Shown here piece after piece: positions 1 through 9,249 of a stretch of DNA of 31,613 nucleotides. Position 1 is the first letter of the stretch. Each line of letters begins with the position of its first letter. The notes beneath the pieces are model-generated. The model was given only the letters and a program-made list of their open reading frames with translations. It ran no database searches and had not been told where the DNA came from. The stretch comes from Haloferacaceae archaeon (GTDB lineage Archaea; Halobacteriota; Halobacteria; Halobacteriales; Haloferacaceae): assembly GCA_028274825.1 (NCBI GenBank), contig JAQCMZ010000385.1, forward strand, positions 1 to 31,613. The letters run 5' to 3'. The position numbers were made by a program, and so were the translations under genes.

Positions 1-1040
1 TCTTCGGCGGGACAATCGCGGCTACGGTTGTCACGGCCGTGCTGTATACCACCGGTCAGATTCTCTTCGTCGGGATCGTCGTCTCGCTGGTTGGCTGGCT
101 CGTCGTTGGAGTCGAACTCGCAGGCTGGCTCGCCTCGAGACGCCGACGGACGCTGCTTTCGGGCGTGCTTCTCGGCTCAGGTGTGATTTTCGGGGTTCTT
201 CCACTTGTCATCGCCGAGGCTGTCGAACTCAAGATCATCGGGACACTCGGGTTGCTCGGTGTCGTGACGTACTCGTATGCCCGCACTATCACCCGCGTCC
301 AGTGGGCGTCTGATGCAAAACTCGCGATCGTCTCAGTCGGGGCTGTGTGGTGTTTCTTCCTGTGGTATTTCGTTTCACCGCTGCGGGCAGCGGTTCTCCA
401 GGGCAGTTTCGCGCAGGCTCTCGAGATACTCACTGAGAATATCGTGTGGTTCCTCGAGTTCGGCGGGAACGAGGGAATTGGCTATCAGATTGCCGTTATC
501 GGGAGCACGACCGTCGGGATCGATTACAGTCGATTCCTTCTCGCGATACTCGTATTGTTCACCGTGAGTGCGTATTACGTGCTCGAACTGACCGTGCAGT
601 CGCCGTTTGGTCGCACTCTCCGCGCAATCAGAAACGACGAAGATGTCGTTAAATCCCTCGGCAAGGATCCGTTCGTGTACAAGATTCAAACCATGATCAT
701 CGGGTCGGCACTTGCAGGCCTGGCCGGCGCGCTCTGGGCGATTTACTCGCAGGGACTGACGTTCACGACCGGAAATCCGGAAACCACCTTTATCGCATTA
801 CTTATTGTGTTCCTCGGCGGCTTAGCAAACAACAAAGCCATGCTTCTGGGCGCTGCAGTCTACTGGTCTTTCCAACAGGCGACGACACAGATAGCCGACT
901 TCTTTCCGACGGCGATGCGAACGAATCTCCTGGCATTTCGGTTCGTCGTCATTGGGCTGTTATTCCTCGCCGTCCTGTATTATGTGCCGGATGGATTACT
1001 CGGCCGCGATGTGGCTGACACAGAGGTGGATCAGCGATGA
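1..1040 (+). CDS. livM: Branched-chain amino acid ABC transporter permease (LivM-like), 5'-partial
   Basis: The frame is open from the window edge (FGGTIAATVVTAV...). It is multi-TM and has the LivM motifs SPFGRTLRAIRNDEDVVKSLG and IVFLGGLANN. The stop overlaps the ATG of the next gene (ATGA, 1037-1040). Confidence 0.85.
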   Translation, partial: FGGTIAATVVTAVLYTTGQILFVGIVVSLVGWLVVGVELAGWLASRRRRTLLSGVLLGSGVIFGVLPLVIAEAVELKIIGTLGLLGVVTYSYARTITRVQWASDAKLAIVSVGAVWCFFLWYFVSPLRAAVLQGSFAQALEILTENIVWFLEFGGNEGIGYQIAVIGSTTVGIDYSRFLLAILVLFTVSAYYVLELTVQSPFGRTLRAIRNDEDVVKSLGKDPFVYKIQTMIIGSALAGLAGALWAIYSQGLTFTTGNPETTFIALLIVFLGGLANNKAMLLGAAVYWSFQQATTQIADFFPTAMRTNLLAFRFVVIGLLFLAVLYYVPDGLLGRDVADTEVDQR

Positions 1041-2005
1041 GTACGATTCTCTCGGTCGATAACCTCCAGAAGCGGTTCGGTGGGATCACAGCCGTCGATG
1101 GTGCCACCTTCGACGTTGAGAAGGGATCTATCACGGGGATTATCGGCCCGAATGGCGCCGGCAAAACGACGACATTCAACCTCATGAGTGGATTCTACGA
1201 GCCAGACGGGGGGACGGTCCGATATGACGGTCGTGACCTCCAGCAACTCATGACGCCGAGTCGCCACGAGCAGACTATCTGGGGTGGGGCGTCGGCCCTA
1301 ACGGTTGGCGCGACCAGCGGGATCGTCGGGGCTGGGGCACTCGCAGCCGGTGGGATAGCGAGTGTCGGACTGGCGGCTCTCGGTGCCGGGGCTGGGGCTG
1401 GAATCTACGCCGGCCGGGAGCGGCTGAGCCAGCGCGGATCGACGGCGAACAGCCGCCCGTACATGCTCGCTCGTGAGGGGCTGGTCCGCACGTTCCAGAT
1501 CACTCGAGAACTCTCGGAGATGACTGCCCTACAGAATCTCATGCTCGCCCCGCAGGGACAAGCCGGTGAGAATCTGCTTAACACGTGGTTTCGGCGTGAC
1601 GATGTCATGAGAGAAGAACAGCAGGTCCGCGAGCGAGCTACCGAGATGCTCGAGTTACTCGAGATCGACCACGTTCGCGATGAACCCGCGGAAAACCTCT
1701 CTGGGGGCCAACGCAAACTGCTCGAACTCGGCCGTGTGTTGATGCTTGAGCCGACGGTCATTCTCCTTGATGAGCCGATGGCAGGCGTCAATCCGACGCT
1801 CACCACGAAACTCACCGACCGAATCAAATCGCTTCGCGAGGAGGGCTACACCTTCTGTATTATCGAACACGATATGGAACTCATCATGCAACTGTGCGAC
1901 ACTATCGTAGTGCTCGACGAGGGGACCACACTTGTTGAGGGGCAACCAGAAGAGATCCAACAAGACCAACAGGTTCTGGACGCGTACCTCGGGGCAGAAC
2001 AGTGA
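1037..2005 (+). CDS. livG: Branched-chain amino acid ABC transporter ATP-binding protein (LivG-like) with internal hydrophobic insertion
   Basis: Walker A GPNGAGKTT, GLVRTFQ Q-loop region, signature LSGGQ, Walker B ILLDEP, IEHDM H-loop and C-terminal VLDAYLG. Confidence 0.9.
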   Translation: MSTILSVDNLQKRFGGITAVDGATFDVEKGSITGIIGPNGAGKTTTFNLMSGFYEPDGGTVRYDGRDLQQLMTPSRHEQTIWGGASALTVGATSGIVGAGALAAGGIASVGLAALGAGAGAGIYAGRERLSQRGSTANSRPYMLAREGLVRTFQITRELSEMTALQNLMLAPQGQAGENLLNTWFRRDDVMREEQQVRERATEMLELLEIDHVRDEPAENLSGGQRKLLELGRVLMLEPTVILLDEPMAGVNPTLTTKLTDRIKSLREEGYTFCIIEHDMELIMQLCDTIVVLDEGTTLVEGQPEEIQQDQQVLDAYLGAEQ

Positions 2006-2098
2006 GACAGCCAGACTCGCCGATAGACTCGCCGAACAACTCCACAGGTGGATGCCAACAACACCGTCTTTGTCTCATGATTCGAGGTGCCTGAGCAG

Positions 2099-2809
2099 AT
2101 GTCACTACTGACAGCACGAAACGTGGTCTCCGGGTATGGGAAAACTGAAATCCTCCACGGCGTCGATCTCGATGTCGGCGAGGAAGAAATCGTCACGATT
2201 GTCGGCCCGAACGGGGCAGGAAAATCCACGGTTATGAAAGTCGCATACGGACTCATTTCGTGTTGGGAAGGAACCATAACTATCGGCTCGACAGACATCA
2301 CCGACCATCGGGCCGACGAGGTCGCACAACTCGGGATGTGTTATGTCCCCCAGCGCGAGAACGTGTTCCCAACGCTCACTGTTCGGGAAAATCTTGAGAT
2401 GGGCGCGTATATCGAAGACACACCAGCGGCAAACGACTACCAGCACGTGTGGGACCGGTTTCCGATCCTCGAGGAACGGAAACATCAGAAAGCCGGGACG
2501 ATGTCCGGTGGCCAACGACAGATGCTTGCGCTGTCGTCTGCGCTGATGACTGACCCAGACTTACTTCTGGTAGATGAACCGTCTGCAGGGCTTGCGCCCG
2601 ATTTGGTCGAGGATATGTTTGACCGACTCGTCGAGATCCGTGAAGAAACCAATACTGCGATTCTCATGGTTGAACAGAACGCACGACAGGCCCTGCAGGT
2701 CTCTGACCGCGGATACGTCCTCGATATGGGCGAGAACCGATTCGAGGATTCTGGCTCAGAGCTCCTGAACAGAGACGAAGTCGCAGAGTTGTATCTCGGC
2801 GGTGTCTGA
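2099..2809 (+). CDS. livF: Branched-chain amino acid ABC transporter ATP-binding protein (LivF-like)
   Basis: GPNGAGKST, YVPQ, MSGGQRQML, LLVDEPSAGLAP, MVEQN and terminal LYLGG. ATG 2099 was chosen because the SD-like GAGGTG lies at 2084-2089; GTG 2087 is the alternative start. Confidence 0.9.
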   Translation: MSLLTARNVVSGYGKTEILHGVDLDVGEEEIVTIVGPNGAGKSTVMKVAYGLISCWEGTITIGSTDITDHRADEVAQLGMCYVPQRENVFPTLTVRENLEMGAYIEDTPAANDYQHVWDRFPILEERKHQKAGTMSGGQRQMLALSSALMTDPDLLLVDEPSAGLAPDLVEDMFDRLVEIREETNTAILMVEQNARQALQVSDRGYVLDMGENRFEDSGSELLNRDEVAELYLGGV

Positions 2810-3182
2810 CACCGCCGGCGATGCGTCTCGTCCATCGCCGCCGTACCGACCCATCGGTACCTGCGAAGATAATCGAGCTTCTCACCGGCTTTCACGCGAG
2901 TTTCACGCCTCTATCGCTGATCCAGCCACCAGCCAGACGGATTGCTCACGACCGTGTGGGTTATCGGTCACTTCAGTCGTGATGCGGTTATGAGACGCGA
3001 AGTCGTGAGTCGTGACCCGAGACATGGTCCATCTCTGACGCCTGCTGGGGGTTCTCAACTCCGCCGCCCAGCGGCGAGTCGAAATCTGATCCGGAGTAGA
3101 TCTTGATAACAGCCTGGTTTGTCTTTTCTGCTCGCCTCCCTGTCTTCTCACGCTTCTCGACGCGGGCACTGGTCACCCGGTC

Positions 3183-5480
3183 TCATGACCCCGGGTCAGC
3201 AACTGGTTGCTCGACGGATTCGCCACTTCTGACGATGGCAACGTTACCAGACGTTCCTCGACTGATTCGCTCGGCGACTGACCCCACCATCGCCCGGGAG
3301 AGTGTGGTCTCTTCTGACAGCCCAACGCAGACTGTATCGTATTTCCGAGCGGTTTCCAGTATCGCTGACTCGATATCTCTCGCAACGACAACGGCGCTCT
3401 CACAATCTGTCTCGTCCAACTCTCCACGCTCGATAACTGACTGGATTGTCGTCTGCGCTCGTTTCTCTTGACTCGTCTGGTCGTCGTTGCTACCCTGCTG
3501 GACGTTGAGAAGGACAGCAGCGGAGTCGGACGCAGTTGCGAAATCACTGGCACGAGACGCAGCGGTGGGGGCATGTGGCCCTGGCCCTGCAAGTGCAACG
3601 GGTGTTCCGATATCGTCGTCTTCGATCCTCACGAGAGAGACGTCACAGGGTGCCTGCGTGACGACGGTGTCGAGTGTCGACCCGAACACGCGGTCTCCCT
3701 GGTTCGACTCACCTCGCCACCCGAGCAGCGCCTGGTCGGCGTTCTTATCTCGAATCACCTCCACGAGAGCCTCGCCTGCGTCTCCGGCCACGACTGCGCT
3801 CGTGCGCACCCTCACTCCCATTTCTGCGGCGAGTTCACGCGTCGTCTCGAGCAGCGTGCGTTGGCTCTCGAGTCGGTCGAACGCGACGTTGCGTGACTGA
3901 ATCGGGTGATGGGCGTCTGACAGTTCCAGCTCTGATTCAGTCTGGACCACGTTCACCGCGATGAGTTCAGGAGTCCCTTCTTGATCGTGTGCGCGCGCTG
4001 TGGCGGCTGCAAGTCGGAGAAGTCCGCGTTGTGTCTCCGGATTCGCTACCCCGACGACTACCCGGTAAGGCTTGTCGGAGAGACCGCTGGGCTGGTTCCC
4101 GGGGAGTGGCGCTGTGACTGTCCGAGTGAGGTCCCCGAATGCCTCCTCAAACAGTCCCTCTTCGACTCCGCGACCTCGGGCGTACCCGACGTACCAGACG
4201 ATACCGAACAAAACAATCCCGGTCCCCACGAGCACGACCAGTGGCTCCATCTGTGAGACGACGACACCGGTCATCGCCACGCCGGCAACCGGGACGGCGG
4301 GATACAGCAGCCGTGGCATCTCGAAGACCGGGTCGTAGCCGCCGGGATCGGCACGGCGAAACACGACAACTGCAACATGAACGAGCCCGTATGTCACGAG
4401 AAAGCTGAAACTCGCCACCTGTGCGAGGAGTGCGACAATCTCTTGCACGCGAAGACCAGCGAGAATGAGAAGCCCGGTCACCCCGCCCGTCGCCATGATC
4501 GCCCGGTGTGGTGTGTTGAACCGGCTGTGTGTGACGTTCAATTGGTTGCTCATCAGTCCGTCCCGCCCCATGGCGAAGACGACTCTGGACGCGGCGAGAA
4601 TCGATGAATTCGAACTCGAAATCGCGGCGATTGCCGCCGCAACTGTGACGGCTGCCACCCCGACGGCTCCGAACATGGTGATTGCTGCGACATCCGACAC
4701 CGGCACGAGTGAGCCACCTAACTCGCTGTACGGGACCACCCCGGTGCTGATCAGCATGATGGCTGCGTACAACAGCGTCACCGAGACGACCGACAGTACC
4801 ATCGTCAGCGGGATGAGTTTGCCCGGCTTCTCGATTTCGCCGGCAACTGTCGCAATAATCTCGAACCCGAGATACGTCACGAAGACGGTCCCGGTTGTCG
4901 CGACAATCCCCGAGGCCCCCGTCGGTGCGAAGTTCTCCAGATTTCCGGGTTCGATAAAGAACACCCCGAGTGCGACGTACACGAGAACGATGACCAACTC
5001 CGCCCCGATCATAATGTTTTGTGCGCCGCTGGATTCGTCGGTTCCATAGAAGTTGATCCCGGTGATTAATGCGAGACCAACAAGCCCCAACAGAACGATG
5101 AGTGCTCGCCCGTCAAGAAACGGAAGCGGCGCGACGATGTACTGACCGAACCCGATCATATAGAAAGCGCTGGCAAACATCAGCCCGGTCCACATCCCCC
5201 ACCCGACGATACTCCCGAATAAGCCGCCGAGCGCCCGGTTGACGTAGTGGTAACTCCCACCGGCAATCGGCATCCCAGTGGCTAACTCCGCTAGCGATAG
5301 CGCGGCGAGCAATGCGACGAACCCAGCGATTAGAAACGAGATCGCGCTGGCCGGCCCTGCGCCCTTAGCGGCGAGTCCGGGGAGAATGAAAATCCCGGCT
5401 CCGATCATGGTCCCGCCGCCGAGAGTCATCGCCTCGAGGAATCCAAGATTCCGCTCGAGTTCTCCCCCGTCGGCACTCAT
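3183..5480 (-). CDS. APC-family amino acid permease fused to two C-terminal universal stress (USP) domains
   Basis: The N-terminal GGGTMIGAGIFILPG and YLGFEIIATVAGEI motifs are typical of APC transporters, with ~12 TM segments. The C-terminus has USP motifs (VVVGVANPET, VFGSTLDTVV...APCDV, MVGSVAERI). Confidence 0.88.
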   Translation of the reverse strand: MSADGGELERNLGFLEAMTLGGGTMIGAGIFILPGLAAKGAGPASAISFLIAGFVALLAALSLAELATGMPIAGGSYHYVNRALGGLFGSIVGWGMWTGLMFASAFYMIGFGQYIVAPLPFLDGRALIVLLGLVGLALITGINFYGTDESSGAQNIMIGAELVIVLVYVALGVFFIEPGNLENFAPTGASGIVATTGTVFVTYLGFEIIATVAGEIEKPGKLIPLTMVLSVVSVTLLYAAIMLISTGVVPYSELGGSLVPVSDVAAITMFGAVGVAAVTVAAAIAAISSSNSSILAASRVVFAMGRDGLMSNQLNVTHSRFNTPHRAIMATGGVTGLLILAGLRVQEIVALLAQVASFSFLVTYGLVHVAVVVFRRADPGGYDPVFEMPRLLYPAVPVAGVAMTGVVVSQMEPLVVLVGTGIVLFGIVWYVGYARGRGVEEGLFEEAFGDLTRTVTAPLPGNQPSGLSDKPYRVVVGVANPETQRGLLRLAAATARAHDQEGTPELIAVNVVQTESELELSDAHHPIQSRNVAFDRLESQRTLLETTRELAAEMGVRVRTSAVVAGDAGEALVEVIRDKNADQALLGWRGESNQGDRVFGSTLDTVVTQAPCDVSLVRIEDDDIGTPVALAGPGPHAPTAASRASDFATASDSAAVLLNVQQGSNDDQTSQEKRAQTTIQSVIERGELDETDCESAVVVARDIESAILETARKYDTVCVGLSEETTLSRAMVGSVAERISRGTSGNVAIVRSGESVEQPVADPGS

Positions 5481-5804
5481 GATGACCTCTCTGGGAAACG
5501 TGACGCCGTCTCCGAACCACTGAACTGGTTAGTCTGCCGTGTGGCTGTGCTGTAATACTCTGCGTGTCGTACATTCGGAGGGCGGACGACCCGACCACCA
5601 CCCGCGAGTCTCTCGTGTGAGGGCATGTGCATACATGGATGGAAAATTTGGTTACTCGCGGGGACTGGCCACCGCGACAGTTTTTGCCGCCGACACAGGC
5701 GGGAATCAAATATGTCATTCATAGAGCAGTAAGCTACTAAAAATTTCCTCTGAGACACGCGAGATTGGATACGCCACACTGCTGAAGTCCGGGCGGCTGT
5801 GAGT

Positions 5805-6530
5805 TCAGTCCTCTTCGAGATTCCGCATAATAAATGCGGGATTGTCCACTTCGTCGATTATCCGTGACTGGACTGTTCCGAGAATCTGCTCTCGGAGCGA
5901 CGGGTTCGTCTCCCCAAGAACCAACAGGTCGTACTCTCGTGCGAGTTCGATTATTTCGTCTTCGGGCGACTCAGTGTCTGACAACTGCCAGTCGATTCTG
6001 TCACGATCGATTCCGGCCTCGTCAAGCCGGTCCACGGCACCGCGGATCAAAAACTCGCCGTGGCTCGGATCACTGCCCTCGGCGACCGAATGGAAAAACG
6101 TGACCGACGCGTCACTCACCTGCATAGCATTTGCGAGAAGCGAGACGATGCGTTTGAGATTTGTATCCCCGCGTACCGGAACGAGGACGCGCTCAATACG
6201 CTCGGCGTCACCGAGGGTTAACACAGCATCACAGCCGTATTTACCGGCGAGACGGTCGATAGTGTCCTGCCGGTCGTGAGTGAACACAAGAACGTCCGTA
6301 ATATCAATTCCGCTCGCGCGAAACTTCTCGGCAATCTCGGCTAGTGCCTCTGTTGCATCCGTCTCGTGGTCTTCGCGGAGCTGTGCAGGCGCAATCTGAT
6401 CTGGAACTGGATAGTATCCCAGCAGGATCACATCGACAGAGCGGCAGAGATCGATCAGTGGTTGTGCGGGAGGAGTCCCGTCTGAAATATCAACTGGGAC
6501 GAGGAGGGCTGAATCGCCGTCTAATGACAT
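5805..6530 (-). CDS. Universal stress protein (two-domain USP-like)
   Basis: LLVPVDIS, RVLVPVRGD and YDLLVLGET...ILGTVQSRII motifs. It is acidic and lies upstream of and co-oriented with the APC permease. The start was moved to the ATG at 6530. Confidence 0.8.
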   Translation of the reverse strand: MSLDGDSALLVPVDISDGTPPAQPLIDLCRSVDVILLGYYPVPDQIAPAQLREDHETDATEALAEIAEKFRASGIDITDVLVFTHDRQDTIDRLAGKYGCDAVLTLGDAERIERVLVPVRGDTNLKRIVSLLANAMQVSDASVTFFHSVAEGSDPSHGEFLIRGAVDRLDEAGIDRDRIDWQLSDTESPEDEIIELAREYDLLVLGETNPSLREQILGTVQSRIIDEVDNPAFIMRNLEED

Positions 6531-6634
6531 ATCCTGATTTCTCATTCAACCCATATCGGACTTCGGGTGGTAACCCGACCTGAGCGTGACCGGTATACTT
6601 TCCTCACAGTGGTATCTGCACAACGGCTCCCCGT

Positions 6635-7211
6635 TTGACTTCCTCCCACAGCTAAAGCCGTGGGATTCCTCCGCGTGGGTGATTCAGGCCGTGCCTGTGC
6701 CACCGGAGGCAAGTTTCCCCTCACGGGTACTCCGGTTTGCGGATTCCTCTTTGGTCGACTGATCACGGTGTTGCCACCGGTGATCGTCCCACTCGAGGCA
6801 CTCGATTGAGTCCCTTGGACTGTTCTGCTCGCAGGCTGCGGGCCGAGCCATCGGCCCAGCTTGGACCACGTCCGTCTGCTCAACGAGGAAATTCACTGCT
6901 CCCACTACATCACTATGCCCCTCGAAATCGCACGAAAGGCACTGTAACAGGTCGCTGGACCGGTGAATGTCTTCACTCCCACACGACGGACACTTACTGG
7001 ACGTCCCGGCCTCGCTTTCCTCGTGGACGGTGGTTCCGCACTCACCCTCCAACACGTCCTCAAGCCGATCACGGAATCGGCCATGTGCCCAGAATAGGTC
7101 GGTTTTCTCGTTCACTGTCGCACTCCAGTGCTGTTCTCGCACATCGTCGAGTTTGCCGACGTACAGCTCGGTGACGCCCCGTTCGACGAGCCACCGAGCG
7201 AGCCGAAGCAA
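6635..7211 (-). mobile_element. IS200/IS605 element remnant with intact right end
   Basis: The tnpB 3' half is followed on the minus strand by hairpin CCCACGGC-TTTA-GCTGTGGG (6645-6664) and terminal GGAAGTCAA ending at 6635. Confidence 0.8.
6684..7211 (-). pseudogene. tnpB: 5'-truncated TnpB (IS200/IS605, IS1341-like) C-terminal fragment
   Basis: Contains LYVGKLDDV, EESEAGTSSKCPSC...CLSC zinc finger and RuvC-III-like HSDVVGAVN. The upstream in-frame sequence is unrelated and hits a stop at 7275-7277, so the N-terminal half is missing. Confidence 0.85.
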
Positions 7212-7420
7212 ACGACCGGAAGACAGTCGAACCCCGAGATCTGTAGGTCGGCAACGAATATCGGGATTCAGTTCTCAAAACCATAGTGGCGGATCGGCTG
7301 CCCATTATTTGTTAACAGTTTCTACTAACTATCGGTCGGTCGAATCGCCACACCATCTATATGTGTCGGTGCCACCGGCGAAGTGAGACAAGAATAGCTG
7401 AAACAGTGGTGGGGTTGGCA

Positions 7421-7447
7421 TAAGCGAGTTATTGGATAACTCGCTTA
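7421..7447. repeat. Perfect 11-bp inverted repeat TAAGCGAGTTA-ttgga-TAACTCGCTTA
   Basis: Read directly from the sequence. Confidence 0.9.
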
Positions 7448-7860
7448 CTGAACCCGCTTAACCACCCTATATCGGGGGTGATTTGGAGAAAATCAGTGCT
7501 TCTATAAGCGAATACTCAGGACCGAACCTGTGCACGGATACCGAGCAGACACTGGAGTGACCTCAACCGGCACGTTCCATGAACAGTAGTCGCTAGTGTG
7601 ATCTGTTTTTCAGTCATCATAGAACCGACCGTCGGTGACTGAGTCGCATCAACCTCTCGCCTGACAGTCTCCCGAATCCCACTCACTCCGCGAACCGAGC
7701 GGACGTGTCGACGGAGAGCCGGACTCAGCGATTTCTCTGGGCGCCGTAAGAGACGTCCTAAATCAGATTGAAATCCCGAGCCAGACAACTAGCGTGTTTC
7801 TTGCCGTCCAGTTCGTGGCGTCCCCAGTACTGCCGTGGGGGCCGGTGAGTAAACTACCGG

Positions 7861-8094
7861 CTATTGTGAGGTTCCAGGCCCACGCGACTCGGAATTAAGC
7901 CCGAGTGCTGCGTACATGGGACAGGTTCCCACCACCGCTGTAGCGAGAAATATTGTTGAGATGACCCCGAGTACTGGCGAGAGGATTTCCGGGAGCATGA
8001 TCGTCCCGGTGAGAATCGTCAGTGACACGATACCAGTGATTGCACCGAGCGTCGTCCTGAGTGCACGGTCTGTTGAGCCGACGTTGTTGTTCAC
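7861..8094 (-). CDS. DUF2892 (YgaP-like) small membrane protein
   Basis: From GTG 8094 the sequence reads MNNNVGSTDRALR...TAVVGTCPMYAALGLNS, matching the NVGxxDRxxR and CPxYxxLGI pattern. Two TM helices. TTTATAT lies 23-29 nt upstream on the minus strand. Confidence 0.8.
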   Translation of the reverse strand: MNNNVGSTDRALRTTLGAITGIVSLTILTGTIMLPEILSPVLGVISTIFLATAVVGTCPMYAALGLNSESRGPGTSQ

Positions 8095-8116
8095 ATATGC
8101 AGTGTGGCCCCCACAG

Positions 8117-8123
8117 ATATAAA
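8117..8123 (-). promoter_or_regulatory. TATA box of the DUF2892 gene (leaderless)
   Basis: TTTATAT on the minus strand at canonical haloarchaeal spacing from GTG 8094. Confidence 0.6.
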
Positions 8124-8353
8124 TGCAGTGTTGAGTTTCATGGACAACATTGTAACTCTGAAACGTCACTTGAGTCTTTAAAGACCCGTATATAAATTCT
8201 AAGATCACGGAGTATTGTATGTGATGTACAATATAATCTGTCACGACTGCGAACGTTCAGCATGTGAATGTGATTGAGATTGATACTGAGGGTACTCACA
8301 GTTCTATATTTCACACAGCCTCAGGATCAATGGAGAGCACTCCGTTAGCGGCC

Positions 8354-8827
8354 TCAGTTGACTTCGAGAATTTCGACTTCGAACTCAAGCGTCTCGCCTG
8401 CAAGCGCCGGGTTAAAATCGACGCGAACGACCTCATCGGTGACAGAAGTCACCTCTCCGCGCTGTCCGCTCTCCGCCTGAAGTTGGTCGCCCTCATCAGG
8501 CGTTTCCCCTCCGAGCATCTCCCGAAGCTCATCGGTATCGAGCTGTTGAACGCGGTCTTCGTCCCACTCGCCGTATCCTTTCTCTGGTGAAATAGTGAGT
8601 GTCTCTGTCTCGCCAGTTTCGAGACCAACCAGCCCCTCATCCATACCCTCAATGACCTTCCCAGCTCCAACCTCGACTGACAGAGCATCGAAGTTTCTGT
8701 CTGGCTGGGCGTCAGCCAAGCCGTTTTCTTCGGCAACCGCACGCCGGGAGGTGTCAAAGACCGTCTGATCGTCGCGTAATCGACCGATATATTCGAACGT
8801 CACATCGTCGCCAGTTGAGATTGGCAC
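8354..8827 (-). CDS. slyD: FKBP-type peptidyl-prolyl cis-trans isomerase (SlyD-like)
   Basis: GDDVTFEYIGRL...FDTS, VIEGMDEGLVG, PEKGYGE, VDFNPALAGETLEFEVEILEV. Confidence 0.9.
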   Translation of the reverse strand: MPISTGDDVTFEYIGRLRDDQTVFDTSRRAVAEENGLADAQPDRNFDALSVEVGAGKVIEGMDEGLVGLETGETETLTISPEKGYGEWDEDRVQQLDTDELREMLGGETPDEGDQLQAESGQRGEVTSVTDEVVRVDFNPALAGETLEFEVEILEVN

Positions 8828-9249
8828 ACTAGCGCTGGGGGCGCCACACCGGAAAATCCGTCGTATCGGCAGACATCCGCGATTGATGCTGGATCTCGTG
8901 GCTGTGCTGGCCTCGGATCAACGGTGACTGGACTTCGCATGGAATGAGAACAGCATCGCCAGACACTCACCCGAGACGCGCCGGTTGCCACCTGAAAAAG
9001 CCATCTCCTCAAACCGAGATGGCGTGGGGCGTCCATGTGGAAGCGCGACACTCAGGAGTCTACCGACAACCCCACGACGTGGCTCGTGGGCAACTGACAC
9101 GCGGATCAAGACCGGCTTTTCCCACTAATTCGTCTGTCGCTACGCCACAGCATATCTTGTTTGAGCTATCCTTGGTTGAACCCGTGAGATTCAGCGTAAC
9201 CTCCCGTTCAACCCGATAATACTGCTGTGATGGATGCTATCGGATACCT

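Noticed and set aside
2013-2035. 11-nt direct repeat AGACTCGCCGA x2 between livG and livF
   Set aside because: It is too short to distinguish from local duplication, and there is no associated element.
7212-7277. In-frame upstream continuation of tnpB
   Set aside because: It translates to ELNPDIRCRPTDLGVRLSSGR with no TnpB resemblance and is closed by a stop.
9174-9213. 8-bp inverted repeat GGTTGAAC...GTTCAACC
   Set aside because: It has a long loop and is a single short stem, so it is plausible by chance.
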